Shown here: one piece after another, positions 29,813 to 48,564 of the stretch
Position numbering within the stretch: position 1 is the stretch's first letter
Layout of the letters: every line of letters starts with the position of its first letter
NCBI RefSeq assembly: GCF_009914755.1
Contig: NC_060925.1
Strand: one strand, 5' to 3'
DNA length: 64,000 bases
From: the human T2T-CHM13v2.0 reference genome, Homo sapiens
Notes under the pieces: generated by a model
Told to the model about the DNA's origin: nothing
Seen by the model: only the letters and a program-made list of their open reading frames with translations
Databases searched by the model: none
Translations under genes and position numbers: made by a program

Positions 29813-30569
29813 CCAGGCAGGAGGCTTGCCAGGGCAGGCAATCCCACACTGTGTCCGCTGTGGGAATTGACTCTCAGGCCTGTAAATATTTGCTGAATTA
29901 ACTGAATGAATGAGTGTATCATGTACAGTTCTAGGCTTTAGGGCCTAAAGTGGCCGAAGAGACAGGAGCTACTCTGGGAAAAGAGTGAATTCTGCTGAGC
30001 TGGGCCTGTGTTCCCAGCAGGCCTCCCCCTATACTTTCCTCCTGCGTCCCTGCATAACCAGCTCTCCGCTCCCTCAGAGGCGCTCCCCTCCCTCACAGCG
30101 TGCTGCCATTCTAGGATGAATTAGATCTTCCTAGGCCCAGGTCAACTAGTTTCATCACCACCTGACTCGTTACATTTCCTCTACCACATTCCCATGGAGT
30201 GGTCTCAAATCTCTGTTTGAATGCCTCCAATGGCAGGCACTCACTATCAGGTAGCCCTTTCCACTTTCCGAGAGCTATAATCAAAAGAATGCTCTTCTTT
30301 TTTCACACTAAATCAGCCCTGACACTTCCACTTAGAGACCCAGTTCTTACCTGTTGGTCACTCAGAAGTCTGACCAGGCCACCCTGTGACAGCCTTTCAA
30401 CTCCTTGAAGACGGCAGTCATATTCCTGAGACTTCTCTTCTCTCCCCGCAAACACACTGGGCTCTCTACTTCCTGCCATTTATCTTAGTAAGTCTGGAAG
30501 ACTCGGACAATGACTCTCCAGTGGTGGAATTCTAAAAGATGAAGGTATTTTCAGTCTGAAGACTTTCTG

Positions 30570-30601
30570 CACTTGAACTTAGCCAAAAGGCCAAGAAGCG
30601 A
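30570..30601 (-). pseudogene. U2 snRNA 5' fragment (about nt 2-33), 3'-truncated pseudogene
   Basis: Reverse complement TCGCTTCTTGGCCTTTTGGCTAAGTTCAAGTG. 17-bp TSD agtctgaagac(t/c)ttctg at 30553-30569 and 30601-30617. Confidence 0.88.
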
Positions 30602-32259
30602 GTCTGAAGACCTTCTGAAAGGCAACTTTCTGTCTACTCTAGGAGAAGTCCTAAATCACAAAATGGGATAATTATTTGGCCACAGCTTGCAAATTTACAA
30701 AGCTCTTTCATAGGCCACCATCTCAGTGTGTAAAAGTATCATCATCCCAATTTTAGGGATGAAAACAGCAAGGCCTCACAGAGGAAAAATGCTTCACTGG
30801 TGATCATACAGGAAGCAAAAGCTAAGTGGTACTCAGACTCAATCTTCTGATTCCAAGTCTACCATTCTTTATACAAAGGCATTGCTGCTTCTGCCTTTTG
30901 AGAACGTAAAAAGAAAAAAAAAAGGCAGATAACAAGTATTGAGCACTTACTATATGCCAGACATTGTTCTAAGGGGCTTAATATTTATTAACTTCATGTC
31001 CAAAATGACTTTGTAAGGTATGTATGTACACTTATTATTATTCTAATTTTATTTTCCAGGGTTAGTACATTCAAAATCCAGGACACTAACCAGTGCAATT
31101 CAGCTCAAGAACTAACACTTAACCACATCACCATGGCTCTCCATGCTTGCCTAAGTTTATACATACATCCATCTTTGTTTCTCTCCTTGCCTCTCATTTA
31201 TCGGACCAATGATACTGTGGAGAAAGTTAAAGAAGAGTTCCCCAGTGGTGGGAGTGGGGAGACTTTCCTTCCTTTCAAGGCAGTGAACCAGAGGCAGTGA
31301 ATCCTAGCTCTGCCACTTTTCAGCAAGTGACCTTGGGCCAAGTTATTCAACCTCCCTCCTCTCCTCGGTTTCATCATCTGTAAAATGGAGGTGCCACCAG
31401 CACCGACTTCATTGGGTTTCCGTGAGTTATGAGTTAATGTTTTTGTAAAGTGGTTAGAGAAGTGAATTTCTATTACTAAATTTGGACCCTCGGCTGTTTG
31501 AGGTGACTGGGGCAAAGTCTAGAGGGTGGGTAAAAGCAGGCACCATCCTGTGGGAACACAGAAGGAAAGAGCCCTGGAGCCCAGACGGAGGATGGGCTGG
31601 GGGAGGTGGAGTGGAGAGAGAAACTGATGGAGAACTGGGATGACTTTTGGTGGGATCTGACCCTTTCATGGAGTCACAGTTTCTCTGAGTTAAAAGTATC
31701 TTTCTAGGGCATCTAATCCAGCCAAGCAGTGGAGCAGGCACAAGTCTCCAGTCTCAGCCAGAGGCCTTGGAAGATGAAGAATTCCATTTCCTAAGACTGG
31801 GGGCACACTGCATTAAAATAAATGACACTTGGTAGGCTGGAGTTGAGGGAGGTTCTCTCTGGCCTCTTGAAGAAACTAGACAGCAGGGATATAAGGTCCA
31901 GATGCCTTTACACCTGGCCTCAATTTGGTCTCATATTCTGTTTTCAGGAACAATACAAATCTGTAGCAGAACTACATGAGTTCCAAGCTGATAGCACACT
32001 GATAATAATAGCTAACACTTATGAGGGATTCCCATGCACTAGATGCAATTCTGAACGCTCACTTGTGTTAGCTCATTTAATTTTTACATCATTGCTTTAA
32101 CGGTATTAGCCCCACTTTACCCAGGAGGAAATGGATGCACTGGGAAGTTCAAACACTTGATCATCATCATGCAGCAAGTTGTGATCAAAATCAGAGGATG
32201 AGAACCAGACCCTCTGACTCCAGGAGCAGTATTCTTAACTATTATAAAAAGCCAGCCAT

Positions 32260-32555
<296 letters not shown>

Positions 32556-32876
32556 TTAAAGAATATTCATTTTGAAAAAGTAACCAAATCTTTAAAGGCT
32601 TCAGAGAAGCAGATTTCTCTTGTAGCTTGTGGCAGCATTTTCTCAGAACTGGACGGGGCCACCAGTAGCGTCCTTCATTCCTATATCCGGGTGCTTGTTC
32701 CATGCAGTCATGGTATTAGGTTCTGGGGATGCTGCACACAGTGACACACACTCAGTCACTGCCCTGATGGGGTTTTTACAACCTGGTGAGGCAGAGAGAT
32801 ACTGGTCAAATAGTCACACCAACATATAATCCACAACTACAATAAATGCTATGAAGGAAAAGACTAGAATGCTCTA

Positions 32877-33275
<399 letters not shown>

Positions 33276-35148
33276 TATATATATTTTTCTAAGGTTATTT
33301 CTGAGTTAGTGTAAATAATGGACATGGACTCAAGTTTCAATTAGAGTTTCAATACTTAGACACAGGAAAGCTTCACCAAGAAACTTCTGAGACTGCATAG
33401 TCCTGGGGTAAAGAGGGTCAAAAATGCTTCTGGGGTGTCCATAGTGAGCTGGCATGAAGGAATCTTCATTGATCCCAGGAACTTACAGTGCTCTGGCTTT
33501 TGTTTCTAGAAATGACAATCCCTACACATTCACGGCATGCCCCACCCAGCCTTTAGTAGCAGAGTGATGTTAGGAGCCCTGGCTGGCTCTGGAGCCAGAT
33601 GGACATGTGGTAAATTCCTTAATTTCTAGAGTCTTCAGTTTCTACTCTATAAAATGGGTTGATAATAATATCTACTTGCAGGGTTAATGTGAGACATAAA
33701 TGAGATAAGACATAGGAGGTACCTGAGAATTATGTGGATCGCAGCAAGTGTTCAATCAATGTTAGCTAGTATAGCCTCCAACTCTAACTACAAACGGGCA
33801 GGATAGTGAGATGAACCTGTATTTATCTCAAGATAGAACATGGAATTTCATTTCTTTCTAAGCAAACCATTGCTTATTTCCACATCATTGTTTCCTTCTT
33901 TTCTTCCTTCCTTTCCTATTTACCTGCCAATTTACATTATCTAATTTTATAAACCTTCATGGGAAAAGGTCACGTGACAAAAAATTGCTTGGTATTTCCT
34001 ATGTGAAAAGACAAAAGAGAATCAATATGGAAATTGAATTCTGTTCAACATTCCCAATGGTTATTTATAAAATTTACCCAGAGGGAGAGAAAGAATTCTA
34101 AATATAAAAATCACATAGAAATTTCCATTTAGGGAGCCCCAAAGTACTTTATTTTTAATGTATTATTATGATTGCAGAGGCTATTGTTAAATTTCAGATG
34201 CTGAGGTAACGCTGTGGGGGTGGCAAGAAAACCTGCAGGTGGATTTCACCCACAACATCTCTGGGGCCCAGGGAAGGGGCCCGGGGAAGGGGGTCTTCAT
34301 GAGTGGCTTTCAGAGCTCAACCACACTCTAAGAAGCTACCTTGATGGTGGCTCCGGGCAGTGCACTTCAGAAATGTTTTTCTCTCTTTCCACATTGGAAA
34401 TGAATCGATAAAGAAAAATATGACTCCACAGGGGATTCCTGCTTAGGTGTGTCCTGTGTGTGTGTGAAAGCTGCATCCAGATTCCTGACCCTCTGAGGGC
34501 AGGAAAGCAGCTCCTGCTCCCCCAGTCTCTAATAGAACACTCTATCACTTATCTCCCTCCCTCGACAATGGCTGGAATGCTGCCTCTCCAGGCAAAAGTA
34601 ATTGCTAACCATAACTATACTTGACATTTGGACAACACTTTATAGCCACTAATTAGTTAAATGCACACAGCACCCTGTGAGAACCAGAAGGATCCCAGCT
34701 CTACTTCGTGGAGGGGAAAGGCCGGGTGGGGAGTAGGACCTCAGATGCAGCTTGAATCAGAGAGGCAATGTTTCCGGGACCTGCTGCCACTCCCTGCCCA
34801 GCACCACAAGCTCTGGGCAGCTATTAATAACAAGGATGTTAGTTTTCTTCTCCCTCAGAAAGACAATGAGGTGAAGGTCCCCTAAAGTATTTCTTCTGCT
34901 ATGGTAATGGTAATACAAACAGTACGGTCAGCAATCTCTGCATCAATCCGAAGCCCTGGTTAACTGACTACCAAGCACCTTTTGAGCTCTGACTATACAT
35001 ATATCTGTACTTCATCTGTGCTGAATATCGTGGGGAAAAGGCAGGCCTCCATTCCTTCCCTCAAGGAGCTCATAACCTAGCTGCACTGGAGTGGGGCAAA
35101 ATAGCGGCCATGAAATAATCAGAGGGTAAGTCAACAGGAGAGAATGAT

Positions 35149-35575
35149 GTGGAACGAAGTTTACTGAAGACTGAATGAAGGAAGGACTTGTTGCTCCAGC
35201 TCCTGGGAGTCCTGTAAGTGCACAACCAGCAGCTGTCAGCCACTCGGGGATTTCCTCAACTGCAGAGAGCTGCCTTGCCCAAGCTCATGCTCCTTTCCAT
35301 GGTGGCCCATCCAATGACTGGACAATGCAGAAACATAAAAGCTCATCCGTCTTAGCCCACTGTGGGACAACTCTGAAGGAACATTCTAACTCCAGAGCTC
35401 CTCACTGAGTCAGCTGAGGCTGTGTTGGGCCTGTATTGCAGCTCCATTTTTTAATCCTTCCCAATTCTAGTTCCTTCTCTTCCCTGCCACAGGTGTCCAT
35501 CTCAAAGTAACCCCTTAAGAAAAACCCTGCATGCTAAGCTCTGCCTCAGAGTTCACTTCCCAGGGAACCCAATAT
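35149..35575 (+). mobile_element. ERVL LTR (LTR16-family-like)
   Basis: Ends ...ctgcatgctaagctctgcctcagagttcacttcccagggaacccaa. Confidence 0.6.
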
Positions 35576-35722
35576 TAGAAATTTAGATAAATGGACTTCA
35601 GTTAGGGGCCCACTCCAGAATTAGGAAAGTGGGATGTGGAACCAACATAAAGGAAGAAGGAAAAATAGGACTTTGTAGCAGATTATTTTCAGAGAGAGAA
35701 AAGTCAAAGATAAAAGGTTTTA

Positions 35723-35959
<237 letters not shown>

Positions 35960-36119
35960 TTAAAAAGTTATCATATTACAATAATAATAATAATAATAAT
36001 AATAATGGGATGGAGGTTTGTTGTGATAAATTCTCCTTTAGACTTGAGTTGACAACAAAACTTCCAAGTGGAGATATCTTGGGGGCAATTGTGTATATAA
36101 AATAAGTCAATTTGGGAGC

Positions 36120-36630
36120 TATGTTGATTGTTTTTTCCAAAGATGGCCACAACACGTGTTCCCATCCCACATGTTCTTCTATACTGTCAACTGGCCATTG
36201 CCCTCATCAAGAAGTGGAGTCTAATTCCTCCCACCCCACCTTGAATCTGGACCACTTGAGACTGCTTCAACTAATTGAGTACAGTAGAGGAGATGTTGTA
36301 TGACTTCTGAAGCTAGATCAGAAAAGGCCATGAGACTTCTGCCTGGTTCTCTTGAAATGAAGCCATATGTCATGTAAGAAGTCTGACTACCCCCAGACTA
36401 CCCTGCTGGAGAGGCTGTGTACAGCAGATGACAGCTGGCATCAACTGCCAACCATGCATCTTTATTTATCTTAGCACAGACAAGATAAATAAAGCCCCAA
36501 CCAACATCCAACTACAACTATGAGGGAGACCTCAAGTGTGAACCACCCAGCAGAGCCCTTCCCAGATTTCTGACCCACAATTGTTTTAAGCTGCTAAGCA
36601 CTGGAGTAACTTGTTATGTAGCAATAGTAA
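36120..36630 (+). mobile_element. MaLR LTR (MLT1G/H-like)
   Basis: ccaaagatggccac...catcaagaagtggagtctaattcc...ttgttatgtagcaatagtaa. Confidence 0.65.
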
Positions 36631-36927
36631 GGGGGAAAGGGTCATTAGCAGAGAAAAGAATAGAACCTCATCATTCTGTCTTGCACAATACCTTCCTGTC
36701 TTCCAGTCTTGCTCCACCCCACTCTGCCCTGCTTCACCTACCCTACCCTATCACTATCTACCTTCCACATAGCCACCAGGGATCCTTCTTAAGCAGTTCC
36801 CAGCTAATCTGATCAAATCACTTTTCTTGAAAACCTTCCATGGTCCCTAACGGCTTGTAAAGGTCCTCAGATTACAGTGTGCATTCAAAAGCATCTATAT
36901 GATACACAGTATGTATCAGTAATCATC

Positions 36928-37980
<1,053 letters not shown>

Positions 37981-37994
37981 ATATGTATACACAC

Positions 37995-38340
37995 ACAGAG
38001 TCATGAGCCACATAATGAAATTTTGGTCAATGACGAACACTGTCTTACAGGACAATGGTCCTATAAGATCATAATACTGTATTTTTGCTATACTTTTTCT
38101 AGGTTTAAATATGTTAGATACACAAATACTCCTGTGTTACAATTGCCTACAGTATTTAGTACGTTAACATGCTGTACAGGTGTGTAGCCCAGGAGCAATA
38201 GGCTATCCATATAGCCCAAGTGTATAGTGGACTATGCTCTCTGGGTTTCTTTAAATACACTCTATGATGTTTGCAGAACGATGAAATCACCTAATGATGC
38301 TTTTCTCAGAATGTATCCCTATTGTTATGTAACACATAGG
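37995..38340. mobile_element. Tigger3/MER7-type TcMar DNA transposon
   Basis: ttacaattgcctacagtatttagtac...gtagcccaggagcaataggcta...tttctcagaatgtatccc. Confidence 0.75.
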
Positions 38341-39967
38341 ATCCAGGAATTTGCTTTTTAAAACAACATCCCCAAAACAAAAACAATAAATAAATAAAAA
38401 TAAAATAAAATGGAAAAAAAAAACAAGATCCCCAGGTGATTTTGATTTTGATTCTGACACCAGTTGACAAACCTTAACCTACAAAATACAGTCCTTCAGA
38501 GCCCATTATTCTACACCCCCTTTTGTTAAACATAAAAATCTCACCACCGTCCTCAAGAAGACAATGGTTTTGCTGCAGAACCTCTGGAACTTCTATATTT
38601 ACCTATATTTATCCAGTTTTCCTAGTTTGAGCTTTAATTTCTGTAATTCATATTATGAAAACAATAATTTTATTCTCATTCTTGTTATATAAATGTATAA
38701 AATTGAATCTATAAATTAATATTTTATGTAATGTGGTTTTAAATATGCATGTTTGTAAAATTTATAAGTTAAATTGCAACAGTAGGAATACATTTTTCAT
38801 ATGCAATCCCCCTTCAGATACACATTGTTCCCTTCACCATCCCCTTCCATGCCTCCAGAGAACGTAATACTCTGCCTCACTGTGTTGAAAACCACTACTT
38901 TAGCTAGTGAGGGCTCCCTAGAGATCCCTGTTTGTGCTGTTATCTCCACCTGGAAGACTATTTGTTTCTTTGACAAATATTTGTTGAAAATTTAGCACGT
39001 GCCAGGCATGGTGCTATGCGATGTACCCCCTCCCCCCATAGAGAAGTAATCGATTCTTTCTCTGAGGGCCACAGGCCCTGAGTGTGCACTTCTATAACAG
39101 CCTCTCCACTCCATGATATAGTTAGCTGACTCCTTCACTACACTGTGCAGCCTCTAAGGTCAGGGACTACATCTTGTTCATCTTTGTATCCGTCACTGGC
39201 ACAGTGCCCAACACCCAGTAGGAACTCAATTAATGTGGAGGAATGAGTTAATAAACCAATGATGATAGTCCAGTGTCTGGCACAGCATAGATGACCAATA
39301 AATATTGGTTGAAATGAAATTGAATTGAAAGTGCAGGTCACAGAAACAAGGGCAGAAAGAATTTAAAGAAAGAGGAGTTGTGACACTGTCAAAAAGATAC
39401 CAAAAGATCAAAGAGGGTTAGCACTGGGGTGAAAAAGAAAGAGAAAACATTGGATTTGATGAAACTGAAGTTAATATTAAGTCCTAGCATTAGCAGCGAT
39501 GGACAAAACATTTATCACAAAACCAACAAGATCAGTATTTAATTGTCTTCAGCGTGTTCATGGTACTTCTTTAAATCCAGTTACTAGGTATGTAAGTTCC
39601 TGTGAATGGTGCAGGTTTATTATGCCTCACTCTTTACTACATAGCCAGTTAAAATGCTCACACACAAAGATCTTCTACTCACACTTGAATTTTAGGTTTA
39701 ACAATAAAATTGTATTTTCTATGAAAAGATGAGACCACCAGCTAAGGTGTGATCACCCCAGATACTTTCTCTCTCCATTCATTCACCAAACAAATGTTTA
39801 CTGTGCTACATACTGTGCTGAGTAGAGTCCATTCTTCAGCTAACTGTGCAGGTTCTATTTGTAGAACTTGTTTGTGCTTGTGGCGCCATTTAAAACATTT
39901 TAAATCCTAGACTTGCCTGGATTCCCAAGGCAGCTTGACTCTTGGGAAATTTCTCTCTCTCTCTCTC

Positions 39968-40268
<301 letters not shown>

Positions 40269-40589
40269 AATTCTTGGGAAATTTCTCTTAGTACACATTT
40301 AGAACACTTCCTGCCATTTGCTGCTTCCAGAAACAGCACTAACATTGGCATCCAAGTTGTCTCTCTTAAGTAGAAGTGCTGCCCCCAGTAGGTCCTGGTT
40401 TATATCCTGTGGTCAAATAAGTTGAGGGCTTCTTTACTGCAGGATTTGACAGTCTTTTATATGAAAATATGTGTGTGGGGGGTAGAGATGGAGGCTTAAA
40501 TAATATGGTATAAAGTGTTTTCTAAAGTCATTTGACTTTTTACTCAACTTCATTTTATAGGATATTTGAAAATATTATCATAGATTACG

Positions 40590-41210
40590 TTCATTCATTC
40601 ACTCAGCAACAATTTTTGTGTGCCAATTATGTGCCTGGCAGTGTGCTGAGACTGGATAAAATGGTGACTAACCAGACATACTGTCCTGACATTATGAAGA
40701 CTTGGGGGGAGATACACATGAATCAAATGCACTAAACTGTAAATCAAATAATCATAAGAAATATGAAATTGTAATTTTGACAGGTGCAATAAAGAAAAGT
40801 CACATTACATGGCCAAATGAGAGCCTATAATAGGGAGCTTCAGTCTGGTCAGGGAAGGCTGCTCTGAGGAGGTGACCTGGGGCTGACATCTAAAGTATGA
40901 GTAGGAGTTCACATGGGGATGAGGGTGGAGAAGAGCATTTGCCCCAGGATGGGATAGAAAGAAAGCCAGTGAAAGAATGGAGAGCAAGATGAGGCTAGAA
41001 TGATAGAAAAGGCCACACCATATAGGGCGCTATAGGCCATGTTGGGAATTTGTTTTTATCCAAGGAGTATGGAAGCCATTCAAATTGCTGAGTGGAGAAC
41101 TCATCAGAGGTGAGCCAGAGTGAATCTAGGTGAGCTGTTTAAAAAGCTATTGAAGTGGTTCAGGATGGTGGTAACTTAGCCTAAGATGACGGTGGTGGAA
41201 GAGATGCTGA
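40590..41210 (-). mobile_element. L2 LINE fragment
   Basis: ttcattcattcactcagcaac...tgtgcctggcagtgtgct...gtcagggaaggctgctctgaggaggtgac. Confidence 0.7.
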
Positions 41211-42287
41211 AAAAAAATCAATTCATGTGTCTAGATCAATCCCTCTTCTACAAAGCAGTTGAACCCACACAGAGCTGGCTTTGTAATAACTCACAGATAA
41301 CCATTCACTTCTCCAGAAATCTCCCCTCTGTACCTAAAGGATTGGGAATGGGGAAAGAAGTGGTCTGCTGTTACCTCAATTCATTCAAGCAAAGCATTGT
41401 GCAGAAACATGTCTTAAAATTAGAGATGTTCTCTGGAACATCTATTATTAGGATCTAAAAAGAGCCCCAGGACTCTCTTTCCAGCCTAACACCCACCTGT
41501 AACCATGCACTTTGGGGCCTACCATTTACTCTTCATGACTGCAAGTTTGATTTATGTACCTGGGAATTTCAAAGCTGGGAGGGATTATAGAAGTTATCAT
41601 CACCCTCAACCATATGCAAAAATTCCTATATTTCTGAAAAACATCTCAAACAAGAGTCAACTCATTCTATACCCAATTATACTAATTATTAGCATCACAA
41701 ATACAAGTCTTTCATCCTGTCCCCAAGCCTCTGGGGTCTTTAGAGTTTAAGCATCATCTCACAACTGCCCATAGCAATTCCTGACATTCTTACAGTTACC
41801 TACTCTCTTATTTACTCACAACAACTCCAGTTTACAGAGGGATTAGGTGCCATGCCCAAGGTTACACACTAAGGACACTTAGAGTCAGCACCCCTCATAA
41901 AACATTGCTTGGAATGTAATCAGAATTCTATACTGTGCATTCTGTACTGTCTGGAATGTTACAATGAACACATATAACTGGCCTGGTTTTCCCAGTCTGT
42001 GCTGGTCTACTTTCACTAAATTTTTATACTTGACAGCTTTTTTTTTTTTGACAGATAAAATTCTATGTATTTATCGCATACAAGATATTTTGAAGGCTTA
42101 ACTTATAAATATTTATATTTTAATTATTCATTGACTAATTTTTAAGTGTACCTGGTTTTTGTCCCCATATAAGCAAATTCTGGGTAGGAATCATATCATG
42201 ATTTTCTCCCTGTATTTTAACTGTATTAGGCACATAAAACATGATTAATAATGATTAATTAGTTGATTTATTAAAGGAAATCACAAT

Positions 42288-42963
<676 letters not shown>

Positions 42964-44392
42964 CAAAACTCCACTTTTTTTCTACTAGATGATTTACAGC
43001 TGTTTCAAGAGGCTGGATTTCTCTAAACTTTGTCTCATCTCGCTAATAGTGGGCTCACAGAAATAGCTTGTGAGATCTCAGAAGTTGATTGCATTTGTGT
43101 GACAGACTTGATGTGCTAAAACACCCCAGAAAATATCTGAATCTACCACGTTTTGTCCAACTGAAACACAGTTGGCTGGGAGCAGTGGCTCATGCCTATA
43201 ATCCCAGCACTTTGGGAGGCCAAGGCAGTCTTCTATGTAATTAATTTTAAAACCATAAAAAAGAAGAGGAAAAAGAAAAAAGAAACACAGTTGGTAACAG
43301 ATGTACTCATATTCTATCAACTTTATAACCATACCAGTTTTTATAGGTGGGTGGAATTTCAGATGTGAGAGATAGGAAGACTACATAGAATATACTCTGA
43401 AGAGCTCTTTAAATTGATGTCTCCACCAGACACTAGAAACAGCAAGAGAATTTTGCCTAATACCCAATAAACAGCTGAAAATCAAACTTTTATTGTCTCT
43501 GACTGTAGACGCTTTGTCCAATAATTGAGAGTCCCTGAATCTCCATCTCCTTTGCAAAACACCTAAATTTTGCCTCTAAACTGTCCACAATCAAGTGAAA
43601 TACTCTCTTGTGGTTTCTATAAACTACTGAGGTTAAAGTACCATTCTTGAAGCAGGCAATTAATAACATAGTTACTGTATATTTCTACGTTACATTTCTA
43701 TAGAATTGTCTGCACCACTTGTTATCAACTTTCCCGTTAAAATATTGCACCTATTCACAACAAATAACAGGAGAATGGATATTGGTTACACAACAAGCAG
43801 TGTCATCCACAATATGGAAGTATGACTTAAAATCAAATACTTTGCACAGACTGTGGTGGCAGCCAGGGGATCAATCAGGGTACACATATTATTCTTCTTA
43901 AATATTTGTAAAATATATTAGATCTCTAAGCCTCAGTTTCTTTTTCTGAAGAAAAAGGGATTATAAGCCTACCTGTCTCCTGGGGTTGTTGTGAGGGTAA
44001 AGTAAGCTAATGTGAGGAAAGTTTTAGTGGAGTGCCTGGCATGTAGTATGTGCTCAATAAAGGCTGGCTTTTATTTGTCAGTGAATGGATCATGTGATGA
44101 TTTATTTGTTCACATTTCTACTTTGGGAAGGAGAGGCAGCTTCTCAAGACCCATGTCATTTCCAACAACGTGTTTGACATGGGATACAGTGGAAAGTGTC
44201 CAGTGGTGGCAGTCAGTGGACTTGAGTTCTGTCCCTTGCAGACTTATGTGCCAAATTGGGAAAGTCACAAAACATAGAATTACAGGACTTGACAGGGAGA
44301 TATTCTGTCTAGAGAATCTGGGGCTCCTGGATGGTGCCACTGCTCCTTTCCCTTCAACTCTACTGCCTCCCTCTTTAAAAACAAAACAAGGA

Positions 44393-45008
<616 letters not shown>

Positions 45009-45638
45009 TACTACCAACGATAATCATAATTAGCTGAATTTTAGTTTTCTAAATCTGCAATTTAGTGTTCTAATCTGCAATTAAGATATTAATGTTTGTC
45101 TTTACTCATATGATTACTGTGAGAATCGAATTAGATAATGTAAGTCAAATCATGAAATGACATGCTATAATCGAATCCTACTAAGTACCATGGACTTTAC
45201 ATGCATTGTGTCATATAATTCACCCAGTATGGAGCTGTGGAAGAAACTGCTGGTTGGCCCCAGTGTCTGCTCTTCCCCTTTTCCTTAGACATAAAACCTC
45301 TGCTTTTCAGCTGGGCTAAAATAAATTTAAAAATACACTTCCCAGCCTCTCTTGCAGCTAAATGTAGCCAGATGTCTATGTTTTGGCTAATGAGATATAG
45401 GTGGAATTTTAGTGTGTCACTTCCAGGTAGTGTTGTAAAAGGAAGCTGGCATGCTGCTGTTCCTCCCTTCTTTCCTGTTGGCTGACTGGAATGCTTATCA
45501 TGGCTGCAACTTGAGAAGCCATGTCAGATCATAATTCAGTAGAAGTGCAGAGCCACAAAATAGAAGGAAATAATCTGTTCCTTGAAAGTTTTCTGAGTCA
45601 TTTAGAGGAAGTTGGAGATATCCCTTTACTTTACCCTT

Positions 45639-46183
45639 TGTGAACTGGAAGTATCTGAGACAGGTCTCAATCAATTAGAAAGTCTATTTTGCCAAAGTTA
45701 AGGACGCATGCCCGTGACACAGCCTCAGGAGGTCCTGACAACATGTACCCAAGGTGGTCAGGGCACAGTTTGGTTTTATACATTTTAGGGCGACATGAGA
45801 CATCAATCAATACATGCAAGATGTACATTGGTTTGGTTGGGAAAAGTGAGACAACCTGAAGCGGGGAGGCAGCTTCCAGGTCATAGGTAGATAAGAGACA
45901 GATGGTTGCATTCTTTTTAGTTTCTCATTAGCCTTTCCAAAGGAAGCAATCAGATATGCATTTATCTTAGTGAGCAGAGGGATGACTTTGAGTTCTGTCT
46001 GTCCTTTGTCCGCAAGGAATTTCCCTGTGGACAAATTGTGAGTGAGGTATGTAGCTTTTTTATCTTAGTAGCTATCTTTTTTAGGAATAGAATGGGAAGC
46101 AGGTTTGCCCTAAGCAGTTCCAAGCTTGATTTTTCCCTTTGGCTTAGTGATTTGGGGATCCCACAATTTATTTTCCTTTCACA
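45639..46183 (-). mobile_element. Solo ERV1 LTR, MER4A-like
   Basis: TG...CA ends with 4-bp TSD cctt (45635-45638, 46184-46187). The minus strand starts tgtgaaaggaaaataaa. Confidence 0.85.
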
Positions 46184-46329
46184 CCTTAAGTATTTCAGCA
46201 TGTGTTTCTGACCTTAAAGGCATTATCTTAATAACCCCAGAACACTGATCAAAATCAGGAACTATAACATTGGTACATTACTATTAACTAATTCATAATA
46301 CATATTCAAATTGTATTAATTGTCCCAGT

Positions 46330-46937
<608 letters not shown>

Positions 46938-47302
46938 TTTGTGCTTTATAGCTTCTTTTCCCATCTAGGATATAAGGTAGCATTAGGCATTGATTTTATT
47001 GACATGTCTCTTGTCTACTCTGGAAGAAATTCAACTTCTATAATTAAAAACTTGATAGCTAACTGGAATAAAGCGAATTTTCTTAAGGTAAGGATAATAA
47101 GAAAACAAACAAAATGCGTAATAAACATCATCTTAAATGGAGAAACGTTAGAAGTACTCCTTTTAAAATTAGGAATAATAAGCCAGGTGCAGTTGCTCAC
47201 ACCTGTAATCCCAGCGCTCTGGGAGGCCGAGGCGGATGGATCACCTGAGGACAGCAGTTCGAGACCAGCCTGACCAAAGTGGTGAAACCCCGTCTCTACT
47301 AA

Positions 47303-48036
<734 letters not shown>

Positions 48037-48075
48037 CTAAAAATAGAAAAAATTAGACAGACCTGTTGGTGCTCA

Positions 48076-48180
<105 letters not shown>

Positions 48181-48381
48181 TCAAAAAATAAAAATAAAAT
48201 AAAATAAGGAATAATAGTGCTTACCATCGTTCTTTCTATGTAACATTCTATCAAAGATTCTATCAGTCAAAGTCAGCACAGTAACACCAGAAAAGCAAAA
48301 TCATAAGGATTAGAAAGGAAGAAATATTCTTACTATTTGTAGATGATATGACTGCCTACATAAAAAACTAAAAGGGGGTCA

Positions 48382-48564
<183 letters not shown>

